Shown here piece by piece: positions 10,606-23,100 of a stretch of 64,000 bases of DNA. Source of the DNA: Perkinsela sp. CCAP 1560/9. Taxonomy: Eukaryota > Protista > Euglenozoa: Kinetoplastea. The stretch spans positions 1-64,000 of the forward strand of contig CBFFSA010000012.1 in the NCBI GenBank assembly GCA_965644495.1, written 5' to 3'. Every line of letters begins with the position of its first letter. Within the stretch, counting starts at the first letter, position 1. The notes below the pieces were generated by a model. It saw only the letters and a program-made list of their open reading frames with translations. It did no database searches and was not told the origin of the DNA. The position numbers and the translations under genes were made by a program.

Positions 10606-13600
10606 ATGCTGCGCTCTTTGAAGCCCAATTTGTTTCGCATTTGTTTGCATCTGCGAACCGTTAAGCATCCTGACGACGTGTATGAGAAGCTTACACCACG
10701 AGAACACGTTTTAGCCAGACCTGATATGTACATCGGAAATACCTCATGTTCCAAAGAGTTATGCTGGGTTTACGACGAGACAGGTAATACAATGGAGCGA
10801 AAGGAGCTAAAGTATTCCCCAGGCTTGTACAAGATCTTTGACGAGATAATTGTTAACGCAGCAGACAACAAGACCCGTGAAGGCGCCAAACAAACATATG
10901 TAAAAGTTGAGATCGATCGACAAACAGGTGCAATAAGCGTAGAGAATGACGGCATTGGTATCCCAGTCGTGAAACATCGAAAATACAAATTATGGATTCC
11001 AGAAATGATTTTTGGCCACGTATTGACCTCTTCCAACTACGATGAATCAAAGAAAAGAATCACGGGTGGGAGATATGGATACGGCGCAAAGCTAACAAAT
11101 ATCTTTTCTAAGGAATTTTCTGTTGATACAAATTACGAACCGACGAAGCAGTTCTTCTCCATGAAGTGGCAAGATCACATGATGGTTGCTTCAGCTCCAG
11201 AGGTGCGAGAGGGAGGAGACTCAGGTTATACGAAAATTTCTTTTCTCCCTGATTACGCTAGATTCGGGATGGATAACCTAACGGATGACATGTACGAACT
11301 CATGTGTCGTCGTGTTGTGGATCTCGCTGGAGTTATTGGGTCCAATACAACCATATATCTCAACGCCACCCAGATCAAGGTACACAACTTTAAGGAGTAC
11401 TGCGCCCTCTACCCGGGAGCACGAACACATCCATCTGTGGCCCAGTCTTCATACCGTTGGGACGTTCTTGTGCGTACCAGTGACGAGGGCTACAACCAGA
11501 CGAGCTTTGTTAATTGCATCAACACTACTCGCGGGGGGACCCATGTGAACTACGTGACGGACGCCTTGAGTACTGCAGTGATATCTCACGTGCAGGAAAA
11601 GATGCCAAACGTTGTGGCAGCGAAAGACCTCGTGAGACAAAACATCTCCCTCTTTCTGAACTGCAAGATAGAAAACCCTCATTTCGATTCGCAAACAAAA
11701 ACCACATTACGCTCCCGAACACAAGAGTTTGGTTCGCTTCCGGTCCTCAAAACTCTCATTTCCAGGTTTCTGGCCGAGACAGATATCGTGGATCGCGTCC
11801 TTGTAGCAACTGAGAATCGTTACAGCAGAATTATGAAGAAGCACCAAACCACCGTTGTGTCAAGGACAAGCACGTTATTGATACCGAAGTTGGAGGACGC
11901 TGTTCACGCCGGGACGAAAAAGGCCAACCAATGTACTCTGATCATCACGGAGGGTGACAGCGCGAAGGCGTTTGCCGTAGCAGGCTTGAGCGTGTTAGGT
12001 CGCGACTACCACGGTATATATCCCATACGAGGAAAACCCATGAATGTCCGATCTGCATCCGTTTCAAGCGTTGCAGAGTGCACAGAGGTGCGCAATCTAT
12101 TAGCGATTCTGGGACTTTATCTGAAAACAACCAAAGGCCTCTCAAATCGACTGGTTGTGCAACAGAATTCCAACGGACTTCGGTATGGGAAGTTGCTAAT
12201 CATGGCAGATCAAGATCTAGATGGCGACCACATCAAAGGGCTCATTGCCAACTTGATCCAAGTCGTTGCCCCACAGTTGTTTCAACGCCCGGGATTTCTT
12301 GCGCAATTCGTCACTCCGCTGGTAAAGGCATTCGGGCCAAGGGGAGAAGTCCGCTCGTTTTATTCTATGGGGAGTTACACTAAATTTACCCAGGAGTTGG
12401 AAGAGATGAGCCCGAAGCCAAGATACCGATACAAATACTACAAGGGATTGGGAACAAATACATCGACCGAAGCTAGGGAGTACTTTAGGAAAATGGACGC
12501 ACACACGATTTCCTTCGTATACGACCCTGTCACCGACGAAAACGCCCTCGAGCTTCCGTTTGGCAAAGCGAACATAAAAGCCGCTGAGCGACGAACATGG
12601 ATCGAAGAAGGACTGAAAAATGTGACCCAAGACAACCAAATGGACTTCTCTGTTCGAAGCATGTCTTACCACCAGTTTGTCCACCGCCAAATGATTCACT
12701 ACTCCATCGAGGACTGTGCGCGATCGATCCCTCATCTCATGGATGGCCTAAAAATAACCCAACGCAAAATCCTCTTCGCCGCGCTCAAACGTAACCTCCG
12801 GGACCCCATCAAGGTCGTCCAGTTCTGCGGGTACATTGCCGAACACACCGCCTACCACCACGGGGACGTTAGCCTCCAATCCGCCGCGATCGCCATGGCC
12901 CAAAGCTTTATCGGTTCCAACAACGTCCCCCTTCTCCTCGGGGAGGGTCAATTCGGGACCCGTCTCGAGGGAGGGGTCGATGCCGCTGCCCCGCGCTACA
13001 TCCACATCCGACTCAGTGCCATCACCCATCTGCTGTTTCGTGCCGAGGACGAGCCCAATCTCACGCATGAGGTCGATGAGGCCCTCACCGTGCAGCCCCA
13101 GTTCTACGTCCCCGTGATCCCGACCCTCTTAGTGAACGGCTCCCACGGGATTGGCACCGGCTTCTCCACTTCGATTCCCGGGCACGACCCGCTGGTGCTG
13201 ATCGAGCTGATCCGGTCCTGGCTGAAATCCGGCAAGGAGATGACTGGGGACTTGAAGCCCTGGGTGACCGGATTCAAAGGGGAGGTCCACTGCCTTGGGA
13301 AGAGCGGCAGGTACTACACCACCGGGCGGGTCTCGCTGATTAATGGCTGCACGGTGCGGGTGACGGAGCTGCCGGCCTGGATGTGGACTTCGGATTATAA
13401 GGCGATTTTAAATGGCATGGTGGAGAAAGGAGTGATACGAAGCTACCAGGAGCACCACACGGTGGATGCAGTGGATTTTGAAATTGAGCTCGCCCCGCAG
13501 GTGATTTCGATGGGGATTCGGTTTAATGTGCTGTACCATTTGCTGTCGCTGGTGGGACGAAGCCGGAAGTCGCGGTTTATTGTGCAGGAGAAGACACGGG

Positions 13601-14193
13601 GGATTTTTCAGATGAGGAATGCGATGGAGGTGTTGAAAAATTTCTGTGAGATGCGGATGCACTTTTATGAGCTGCGGAAGAAGTCGGAGGTGCAGAAGGT
13701 GGAGAACCAGCTGAGTGTCGCGGAAGGAAGGCATGTGTTTCTGCGAAGCATCTTGGATGGAAAGATAAACATCTCAGGTAACGGTGCAGATATTGTAAAA
13801 GCACTTGTGGAGCTTAAGATCCCGAGAGATCCGGTGGACGGGTCCTACGAATATCTTTTGGGGATGAAAATGGCGTCGTTTTCTTCCGAAAGACGAGACG
13901 CTCTCGCTGAAAATGTGGCCATACTGCGGGAACGAGCTAATATGTTGAGACAGCGTTCCCCAAAGGACTTCTGGCTTTCCGACCTCGAGGAATTAGAAGT
14001 TGCGATGCGATCGCATATGGAGGAGTTTGCTGAGCGTACTAAGATTCCCGTCCGGCACCCGAAGCTTCGTCCCAACGGGACACGTGTTAGTTTGGACAAG
14101 CAAGAATTTCTGAACGTGAAGTCGCTTGCGAGGGCAAAACTTCGTGCGTTCGTTGCTTGGAACGGAAGATTGGGACGGCGTGTTGATCTTTGA
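10606..14193 (+). CDS. TOP2: Type IIA DNA topoisomerase, probably the mitochondrial (kinetoplast) paralogue
   Basis: EHVLARPDMYIG, GGRYGYGAKL, TEGDSA, PIRGK, DQDLDG, YYKGLGT and active-site AAPRY. Start MLRSLKPNLFR resembles a mitochondrial presequence; no long acidic CTD. Confidence 0.93.
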   Translation: MLRSLKPNLFRICLHLRTVKHPDDVYEKLTPREHVLARPDMYIGNTSCSKELCWVYDETGNTMERKELKYSPGLYKIFDEIIVNAADNKTREGAKQTYVKVEIDRQTGAISVENDGIGIPVVKHRKYKLWIPEMIFGHVLTSSNYDESKKRITGGRYGYGAKLTNIFSKEFSVDTNYEPTKQFFSMKWQDHMMVASAPEVREGGDSGYTKISFLPDYARFGMDNLTDDMYELMCRRVVDLAGVIGSNTTIYLNATQIKVHNFKEYCALYPGARTHPSVAQSSYRWDVLVRTSDEGYNQTSFVNCINTTRGGTHVNYVTDALSTAVISHVQEKMPNVVAAKDLVRQNISLFLNCKIENPHFDSQTKTTLRSRTQEFGSLPVLKTLISRFLAETDIVDRVLVATENRYSRIMKKHQTTVVSRTSTLLIPKLEDAVHAGTKKANQCTLIITEGDSAKAFAVAGLSVLGRDYHGIYPIRGKPMNVRSASVSSVAECTEVRNLLAILGLYLKTTKGLSNRLVVQQNSNGLRYGKLLIMADQDLDGDHIKGLIANLIQVVAPQLFQRPGFLAQFVTPLVKAFGPRGEVRSFYSMGSYTKFTQELEEMSPKPRYRYKYYKGLGTNTSTEAREYFRKMDAHTISFVYDPVTDENALELPFGKANIKAAERRTWIEEGLKNVTQDNQMDFSVRSMSYHQFVHRQMIHYSIEDCARSIPHLMDGLKITQRKILFAALKRNLRDPIKVVQFCGYIAEHTAYHHGDVSLQSAAIAMAQSFIGSNNVPLLLGEGQFGTRLEGGVDAAAPRYIHIRLSAITHLLFRAEDEPNLTHEVDEALTVQPQFYVPVIPTLLVNGSHGIGTGFSTSIPGHDPLVLIELIRSWLKSGKEMTGDLKPWVTGFKGEVHCLGKSGRYYTTGRVSLINGCTVRVTELPAWMWTSDYKAILNGMVEKGVIRSYQEHHTVDAVDFEIELAPQVISMGIRFNVLYHLLSLVGRSRKSRFIVQEKTRGIFQMRNAMEVLKNFCEMRMHFYELRKKSEVQKVENQLSVAEGRHVFLRSILDGKINISGNGADIVKALVELKIPRDPVDGSYEYLLGMKMASFSSERRDALAENVAILRERANMLRQRSPKDFWLSDLEELEVAMRSHMEEFAERTKIPVRHPKLRPNGTRVSLDKQEFLNVKSLARAKLRAFVAWNGRLGRRVDL

Positions 14194-14816
14194 ATGCAGT
14201 TTGCGCAATCTTTTCCTATATGATGATTTGTGTTTCCAGCTGAAATGGCCGCAAGTGCATTCGTTTTTAATAAGTCAAAAAGAATTTCAATTATTTGAAA
14301 GAATGTCATTTATAGAGTATGCGTGTAGATTAATTTAAACAAAGAAATTTATTTTAAACAAATTCAACTATGCTATTTTCACTACACTATGATGTATAAG
14401 GAATGCATGATATTTTATCTACTGTTTTGTCCTTTGCTTATCCTTTGCTTATCCATTTGTGTTTTATTCATGTTTTTTATCCATTTTTTATCCTTTTTCC
14501 TTCTGATTACGAGCGGGGTTCTTTTACGAACGGGGTTCTGGTTATATTCAAACATATTCAAAAACAGTTGTTTTTACAAAAACAGATCTTTTTTGGTAGC
14601 GTGTAAGCGAAAACGTTTACATGATACATGTGATGCATGTTTTATACTTTCTTCTTTCTAAGGATACTTGATTTTATGCTATTGCGGGAACTGAACAGTG
14701 TATGTTTGTTAGTTTACGCATCTTTATAATTTGTCTTATTTTTTTTCCGTTATTAGTGATGAGATGCTACAATTCTTGCCCCTGTTGACCTATCTAGAAA
14801 GACATACAAATATTTG

Positions 14817-16019
14817 ATGACTAGAATCACGTCGCAAATGACTGACAGTGAATGTGGTAGGTTCTCCTTCAGGGTAAGCTATGCAATGCCAGTAGGTGAG
14901 GAAGGAATTCGCTACCTCACCCCGGATTTGCTACTGCAAGTCACCGGGTCATCTAACATCTTTATCTACTGCAATCCGTTCCATATTCAACTGATGCCGC
15001 GACATGCAGTCCGGAGAATTAGAGCAAAAAAGAACGTCACTGAGCACTGGCTGCTAAGCACTGATAAGGAGTCTCCCGAAAAGGTAAAAACAAGAAGCCA
15101 CCCTTGTCCTCTTCTTGCGCTCCGTAAAACAATTTCCCTCAATGACACTCTGCTACTGTCCCCTTCCCACTTATTGGGAATTCCTGAGCTCACGGCAATT
15201 CTTGGTCCTCACGCTTCATCGCTTCGGCTCTCCAAGAGTGTTAAACATAAAAAGAAACCACGTGCGTTTGTATTGCGAGAAGAGACATCACACGGTGCTG
15301 AAACATTCACCCAGGCACAATATGACGCCATACTATCTTGTACGAAGGACGACGCTCTGTACATCCCGTGGGAAGCGTTTGCACAACAAGGGAATGAGCC
15401 AAGTGACATAGTAAAACAGCACCCGTTCTACGACGTAAAAAGATGTCCCCCAAATCAGAAAAATTTGGACACAAGACAAGAATCAACCTATAGCAGGGAT
15501 GCTATCAAGATGCAAATACTCACCCCTCTCTGCAGTGCCCCATGGGAAATTCTTTCACGCCTCGAGTATTTTCTAGACAACGAGTTAGGAGCACTACTAA
15601 CGAAGCCTGAAGCTTCTTCCCGTCTTGACTGTGGGCTCATTTTTTCTGGGGATTTCCCTCTGCATTTAGCCTCCCAAGGGGTTGCATGGGGATTCTCACC
15701 CTCCAGCCACATGAAAACATCTGGTTTGGTGTCGGGTCAAGAAAGCCAATTTCTATCCTTATTGGACCCTAAATACCAAAAGGACCTCTCATCTTTATCG
15801 GGCACATGTCAGTGTCCCACATGTAAACACCATAACCGGGCCTATCTTCACCATCTCCTGCGGACGCATGAGATGAACGGCCCTATCCTACTGGCAATGC
15901 ATAACTTATCCATGCTTTTGGACTTTTTTACATTCCTAAACGGCTGCCTTCACAAGAGATCTTGTGAGGAGATGAAACGGGAGATTGAAAAGTTGCAAAA
16001 AATGATTTCTGAGATGTGA
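14817..16019 (+). CDS. QTRT2: Queuine tRNA-ribosyltransferase accessory subunit-like protein
   Basis: C-terminal Zn site CQCPTC..HNRAYLHHLL..HEM...LLAMHNL. Catalytic TGT motifs not seen; exact start uncertain. Confidence 0.75.
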   Translation: MTRITSQMTDSECGRFSFRVSYAMPVGEEGIRYLTPDLLLQVTGSSNIFIYCNPFHIQLMPRHAVRRIRAKKNVTEHWLLSTDKESPEKVKTRSHPCPLLALRKTISLNDTLLLSPSHLLGIPELTAILGPHASSLRLSKSVKHKKKPRAFVLREETSHGAETFTQAQYDAILSCTKDDALYIPWEAFAQQGNEPSDIVKQHPFYDVKRCPPNQKNLDTRQESTYSRDAIKMQILTPLCSAPWEILSRLEYFLDNELGALLTKPEASSRLDCGLIFSGDFPLHLASQGVAWGFSPSSHMKTSGLVSGQESQFLSLLDPKYQKDLSSLSGTCQCPTCKHHNRAYLHHLLRTHEMNGPILLAMHNLSMLLDFFTFLNGCLHKRSCEEMKREIEKLQKMISEM

Positions 16020-16239
16020 GCAACATTGCGTCTGGAGTTCCGTTAGCGTTATGAACAAAAAATCGACAAGCATTGTAGTCTTAGCATGAGTTTTTAATTC
16101 CAAAACTTGCTTCTTAAATATGAACGAAGAGGCATTCTCTCCTTTCTACGGACACAAGAAAAGTTTTTTAAAAAAAAGCAAGCAAGAAAAAACAATAGAC
16201 CAAACCTTATTCTCTTCTTACTCTAATTCGTTTCTGTGA

Positions 16240-16890
16240 ATGATAAGCTTATTGTCAAACGAGGATTGCGCCGTGCCATGCCGTTTAGGAAAGCTTCGAG
16301 GAGCGGCACTGCCGCAAGAAATTGAGCTTTCTAGATTCTTGCGGGATATTGAAAACGCTCATCCTTCATGGGACGCAACTAATCCCATTGATGAATGGGT
16401 TGGCGTGAAACTAAATTCTGATGGGAAGGTAATACGACTTAATTGGGAATGTAAAACCCTTCGAGGAACTTTATTGTGGGATTTTTTGCCCAGCACTATG
16501 AGGTACGTTCGTCTGCAAGAAAATTATTTTCTTCGCGGAGGCTTTAATCTGCAAGGCCTTCCGCGCACAATGGAGCGGCTTAGTGTGCGAAGAAACGCAA
16601 TGACAGGGGAAGTAAACATTCTTTATCTGCCACAGAGCTTTACTCACCTAAATCTTGCGAGCAACAAATTTGAAGGGACCTTGGATATGATGGAACTTCC
16701 TCCAGGCATGGTGTATGTTGACGTGGGAAACAATAAATTCAAGCGTCTTTTGTTCGGTAAGCTCCCTATCACGATGGAAGAATTATTTTTTGCTGGTAAT
16801 CCGGAACTAGTTGGAGAGGTTGCTCTATCTGAATGGGAGAAATTGCGTTACAAATCTTTCCTGAGAACCCAGTTAAAATTGTGCGCATAA
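16240..16890 (+). CDS. Small LRR protein (family copy 1)
   Basis: KLRGAALPQEIEL cap, W..P..W.GV, then ~23-aa LPxxLxxLxLxxNxFxGxLDL repeats. Confidence 0.9.
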   Translation: MISLLSNEDCAVPCRLGKLRGAALPQEIELSRFLRDIENAHPSWDATNPIDEWVGVKLNSDGKVIRLNWECKTLRGTLLWDFLPSTMRYVRLQENYFLRGGFNLQGLPRTMERLSVRRNAMTGEVNILYLPQSFTHLNLASNKFEGTLDMMELPPGMVYVDVGNNKFKRLLFGKLPITMEELFFAGNPELVGEVALSEWEKLRYKSFLRTQLKLCA

Positions 16891-17102
16891 TTCGAGAAAA
16901 ATACATAATGCTTGCTGTGGATACACCCCCGTTCAGAAAAGTGTTACAAAAGTTTTGAGAGCATGGAAGGAGTTTTTTAGCTGCTCCCCTGGCCAAAAAT
17001 AAAGGCAAATGGATTTTAATTGATATTTTCCGTTTTCCTTTTTTTGTCCTTTCATCATGTTTATCGGTCATAAGTAAGTTCCCTCCTTCACCATTTTCTT
17101 TC

Positions 17103-20100
17103 ATGACTTCACGCCCACCCCCTCCATCCCCCTCATCACCCACCCCCACCCACCCCCCTCCTCCCCTCACCCCGCCGTTCATCCCCACCCCCACCGTGAC
17201 CTCCAACCTCTCCCTCCTCCACAGTGCGCTGTGTGCCTCCCGGATCATCCTGCTCTACGGCCCCGCAGGTTGTGGCAAAACCCAATCTATTTTTTCGTTT
17301 CTCTCCTCTTCTTCACTTCCCCCCTCTCTTATGCCCTCTCAAATTCGATCCGCACTACTCGATGAGACCTCAGAGGCACGTGACTTAATCGGGGGGTACC
17401 AGTGCTCGGAGGTTCCGGGACAACTGCATTGGGCTCCCGGCCCCCTGCCTCATGCCATGAAAAACGGGGAGTGGCTTCTAATGGAAGACATTGACTTAGT
17501 GAGTTATGACATTTTAACCTTACTCGCGGGGATCGAGGACAACACGCAAGGGTACTACTTGTCCGACGTAGAGGAGTGGGTTCCGATTGCGGATTCGTTT
17601 CGTGTGATTGCGACCACAACACAAGATTGGCGCACACAGAGAGGGGGACGTGGGGTAAAAAAGGGTGTCAGCGAGGAGATGACAAACGCAGGCCAGGGCA
17701 ATCCAAATGTAGTCCCGGAAGTCTGGCACGGTCGACCTCGTGCACAGCTTCATGTGGTACCATGGTGTCCTGTGCGGTTTCAATCCATTCCGTGGGATGA
17801 GATGGAGACGATTGTACAGCAGCAGTTCAGTGCTCGCCTGGGAAATGCCCTGGTGCGTGATCTTTTGATAAAACCTGTACATTGCTTGGTGCATCAACTC
17901 CGAGCGTGTAACGTGATGTGTTCCCCGCTGCGTCAACTCTTAAAGGTGTGCGCTCGAGTGTACCACGCTGCAGAGCTTCCCTCCCTAACTCGTCAGGAGC
18001 GATATGTTCCCTCTCGTTGTCGCGAGTGTGTGTTTCGTCATCTAACGGATGTGTTTGTGGCTGCCATCCCGGCGATGAAGGATCGACTTTGTGTGAGTCG
18101 TTCGCTTTGTGAGATATTAGGGCTAGATGTGCGAAAAGCGGAGGACATCCTCCTACGAGAGGTACCGGAGGTGACCTACCACAGCGAAAACGGGAGCAAG
18201 AGGGTGCGAATCGGTTGTTGTTCGTTGCCAGTGGGACAGAAATCACTGTGTGCTCTATCAAGAGAGGTGCCGGACTACGCCCCGTGTCCTAGTTTGATAC
18301 GTCTGTTTGAGCGGCTGGCGTCATGTGTGCGAGCAGGGGAGGCAGTGCTACTCTCCGGGGAGAGTGGGGTAGGGAAGACCTATGCTGTACAACTTCTCTC
18401 CCAGCTATGTGGGCAGGATCGGTTCAATGTGTGTAATGTGAACCATCAAACAGAGACCTCTGACCTCCTAGGTGGGTGGAAACCCAAGAGTGCCTTCGAA
18501 ATGATGCAATCTTTGTATGAGGAGTTTGATAAATGTTTTACGCAGACATTCAATGCGGAACGCAACAGGAGTTATTTAGAGGCGACTCAGCGAACGTTTC
18601 AAAAGGCAGCAAATAACACCGACGACTACGGTTTGCGAAAGAAATTTTTCCACGTACTGCGTAAGGGCTGTCATATTGGATTAAAGCATAATCAAGTACT
18701 CTGGTCAAGCATCTCCAATAAAGTTTTCTCACTTGTGGAACAAATGGAAGCAGGAACGCCGCCGGCATTCTTTTCCTACCATGACGGTGCGCTTCAAGAA
18801 AATAAGAAGAACGGGGGATGGCTGCTTTTAGATGAGATAAATCTGGCGCCCACCGAGGTGTTGGATCGTATCGCTACTACCCTTGACGTAGACAATGACA
18901 ACACGCACCCCGAATTTCGTTTGTTCGCCTGCATGAATCCGCCAACCGACGCGGGAAAAAAGGCACTGCCCCAATCCCTACTCTCTCGGTTTACCGAAAT
19001 TTACGTTGATGAGCCGAAGGAAGCCGAAGAGCTCCTCATTCTTGTGAAACACTTTCTTCGCAATCTTCCGCAAGCACCATCTCCCGAAAAAATTGTATTG
19101 TTGTACCTTGAATTGTGCTCAAATACCCACAGCTTAAGTGACGTTGGTTTCGCTTTTGAAAAACCCTGCTACAATCTTAGGACATTGTGCCGTGCCTTGC
19201 GCTACGCAGCAGGACAGGCTGCTGTGTACGGAATACAGACGGCATTCATGGATGGCTTTCTCATGACGTTTGCTACTCAGGTGATCCCGCCGCGAGATCT
19301 CCAGGTTCGCCAAATGATTCAAAATGCACTCTTCCCTAACTTCAAGAACCAGAAAATGAATGTGAGACATCATCCTGAGAAAGTCCTGGTAGGAGGGTAT
19401 TTGCTCCCCAGGGGTCCTTTACCAGTAAACACACGAGACGATTTCGTTTGCACGGAAACAGTGATGCGTCATCTTGCCAGTTTGTCCAGATGTGTCATCG
19501 CGAACAAAGCAGTACTACTTCAAGGTCCTACAAGTACAGGAAAGACCACGTTAGTGCGGTACCTCTCTGAAGCCACGGGGCATTCATTCATTCGAATTAA
19601 TAATCACAATGCAACAGAGCTATCCGAGTATCTGGGGCAGTACTCCCAAACAGAGTCCGGCTCCTTGCGCTTTGTGGAAGGGCCTTTGATTTCTGCTGTG
19701 CGGACAGGAGCATGGCTCGTACTCGATGAGTTGAACCTTGCGAGCAGTGAGGTGTTGGAGGCTCTAAATCGACTTCTTGACGATAACCGTGAACTTGTTC
19801 ATCCGGAGAGAACTGAGGTACTGATACCACACGCCCACTTCCGGTTATTTGCTACACAAAACCCATGCGGCCAAATGGGATACTCAGGCCGAAAAGCCTT
19901 GTCGAGAGCATTTCGAAGTCGATTTTTAGAAATTCACGTGGGAGAAATGACGTCCTCCGATCTTGTACAAATGCTAACACAACCTCATTTTGCTCTGCCG
20001 GAAAATTTCGTACGGCGTATGATTGCCGTTATGGAGGACTTACAGCGAGCTCGCAGCGAATCCCATGTGCTTGCTGGCCGTTTCGGGTTCTTAACTCCTC

Positions 20101-23100
20101 GCGATTTATTTCGTTGGGCTAAACGCCGGCCCGGCACGTTGCAAGAACTTGCATGGCACGGCATGGTTCTGTTTGGGGATCGCTGTCGCACGGAAACAGA
20201 ACGTGAGTTTGTGCGCTCTACACTGCAGAGAAGATGCAGACCTTCTCATAATTCGTTACGTGAGCGCAATGTTTACCTAGAAAAGAATAATGGTTCCCCA
20301 AATTCTTATTTCGATCTCAGCGATGCTGCCTTGTATGACTGGAATAACTGGGAGGTGTTGAGACCGCACAAGGAATCTATTGAAGCCTTACCGCTGGGGC
20401 TTACGACATCCATGAGGCGCATACTTGTTCTCATTGGGCTTTGTGTGCTTTACCGTGAGAGCATTTTACTGGTAGGGGATACGGGCACTGGAAAAACAAC
20501 CGCCTGTCAGGCCTGGTGTGAGATTTTACAACGCCATCTTTTCACAGTGAATTGTCATCAAAACTCCGACACCTTTGATCTGATTGGCGGACTTTACCCG
20601 ACCCATATGGAGGAACTTCAGTCCGGGGCGGAATCACATAGAAGTGAGTCTTCTACCGGAAATTTAAATACATCACATCCTCGTTTTCGGTGGTGCGATG
20701 GTCCCGTGACACGTGCGATGCGTACGGGATCGATGGTCCTGTTGGATGAAATCAATTTAGCCGAGCAAAATGTGATTGAGCGCTTGAATTCCGTTCTTGA
20801 TGATTCAAGGTCGCTCATTCTTTCCGAGCGTGGATATGCTGATGCCACACAACCGGTAGCTGCCCATCACGACTTTTTAGTCATGGCTACTATGAACCCA
20901 GGAGGCGATTTTGGAAAGAAAGAGTTGTCAGATGCCTTAAAGAACCGGTTTACAGAAATTTTTGTACCACCTATGACGTGCCCAGAGGATCTTGATCTAG
21001 CCGTCAAAAACATTTTACCCGATGCTGCGCTACGGGACGCATTCTTACAAGCAACTTGGCACGATGATATCCATCAGCGTCCGAACATGCGAGATTTAAT
21101 GAATTTCGCGAAATTTATATCCAAGTCGATATCGTTGGGCATAAGTGAAACCGAGTCTCTACATCATGGAAAAGTGGTATTTCTCAAAGAAGAGGAGAGT
21201 AGCGATGATAAACTTTTCTGGGAACTCAGCTCCGCCCTGAAGGTTCCACAATTGCCGTCTTCGAAAAAACAACAATATGTTTTCGACACACCAACGACGC
21301 TGAAAAATTTATCTAATATAATGAGAGCTATGCTATTGCCTGAACGAGCTGTTTTGTTGGAAGGAGCCGCTGGAACTGGAAAAACATCTCTAGTGGAAAC
21401 ACTCTCCTTATCACTTACCGGCAGGCCAGTTGTACGAATCAATCTTGGGGAGCAGACGGAACTCTCAGATCTAATCGGTTCTTTTGTTCCTGGAAGAGGG
21501 GAAGTCACGTGGTGTGAAGGGCTTCTGCTGCAAGCCGTTCGAAATGGGACTTGGATTCTCTTAGACGAACTGAATCTTGCCTCCCAAACCGTTTTAGAAG
21601 GGTTAAATTCTCTTCTGGACCACCGGCGGTCTTTGTTCTTGCCTGAGAGTTGCACAAGTGTCTCTGCACATCCTGAATTTAGAATATTTGCCTCACAGAA
21701 TCCTCTTCAGGATGGTGGAGGTCGTAAGGGATTGCCCCGTTCTTTTCTGAGCCGTTTTAGCATTGTTCAGGTACAGCCCTTGTCATCTCAAGATTTGTGG
21801 CGCGTTGCGGAATCAAGAAATCAACATAGTGGCAACTTCCTACCACATGTTGTGGTAAAGTTTATGGCGGAAGTCATATCTCGCTTTCATACTCTTTCAA
21901 ATACCCGTTCTTCTGATCCGCACAGATCCGGGTTGCTTAGCCATGCATCACCTGTAGAAAATATGAGTTTGATGGAGTTTAACGTTCGGGATTTGTTTCG
22001 TTGGATGGACTTGCTAATCGCCTCACTATTTCCCAGTAAAGATAGGCTGAAATCAGCTTGTTTTACTTTCTCGCAAGATGGGCATGTCACGGATATCGTC
22101 CATCATATTATTCATACCGCTTATTGCGTTCTTCTGCAACGGTTGTGTACATATGAATCGTACTCTATGTACAGAGAATCATTTTTTGTTGCTGCGCGCA
22201 TGCCTGACTTTGTTGCTTGGGTATCCGAACATCGCACAGAAAACGGCACACTAATATCGCAAAACTCCAACGAGCAGTGGCTTTCTCATACGATTGACCT
22301 TTGTCTGCGGTGCGCACGCGAAAGTGCACTCTGGGAGTTTCACAACGGAGTCGTCTCTCACAACCGATGCTTTTTTTCTATTTCAAATGCGAAGACCTCC
22401 AACAATTCTGCTCTAAATGGTACTACATCCGTTTCAACCTTCGTGACCCCGGCACAAACGACCTGCAAGATTTCTCCATCTCTGTATTTGTTGTCTTCTC
22501 AGAGCCCTGTGCTACGTACGCTCATTTGGTGCTTACAGGCGGGACTTCACCCCGTGTGTCTGTGCGGGGGTCCTTCCTCCGGGAAGTCTACTCTGGTGCA
22601 CATCGCGGCCCGAATGTGCGGCGCTAAACTCACGCAAATGCATTTTACCGCTGGATGCGACACAGCGGAGCTCTTGGGGGGCTTCCACCCCACGCAAGAA
22701 ATGGGCTCAAGGAAATCAGGATTTGCGTGGAAGGATAGTTTGTTTCTACGTGCCGTGCAAGAAGGGCATTGGTTCCTTTTTGAAAATGCGAATCTGTGTT
22801 CCCCGACGGTTTTAGATCGATTGAACAGCTTGTTGGAGCATGGAGGTCGGTTAATAGTGAACGAGCAAGGCGTCGTCGACGGCAAACCTTGTGAAATCTA
22901 CCCGCATCAGAATTTTAAGCTTATTATGACAATGGATCCTAGGAACGGTATTCTTTCCAGAGCTATGAGAAATCGAAGCATTGAGATATTCATTCCTTCT
23001 ATTATGACGGTTGAGCACGAAAAAGTTGAGCTGAAGCACCCAATAGATAAGAATTATGGGAATATCGACCCGACCGAAGCCCACTATACGAGGGAGTCTC

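Noticed and set aside
12700-13750. Skew islands as introns or inserted mobile elements in general
   Set aside because: In TOP2 and SF3B1 the islands encode essential conserved motifs in frame, and islands share no sequence identity, TIRs or TSDs.
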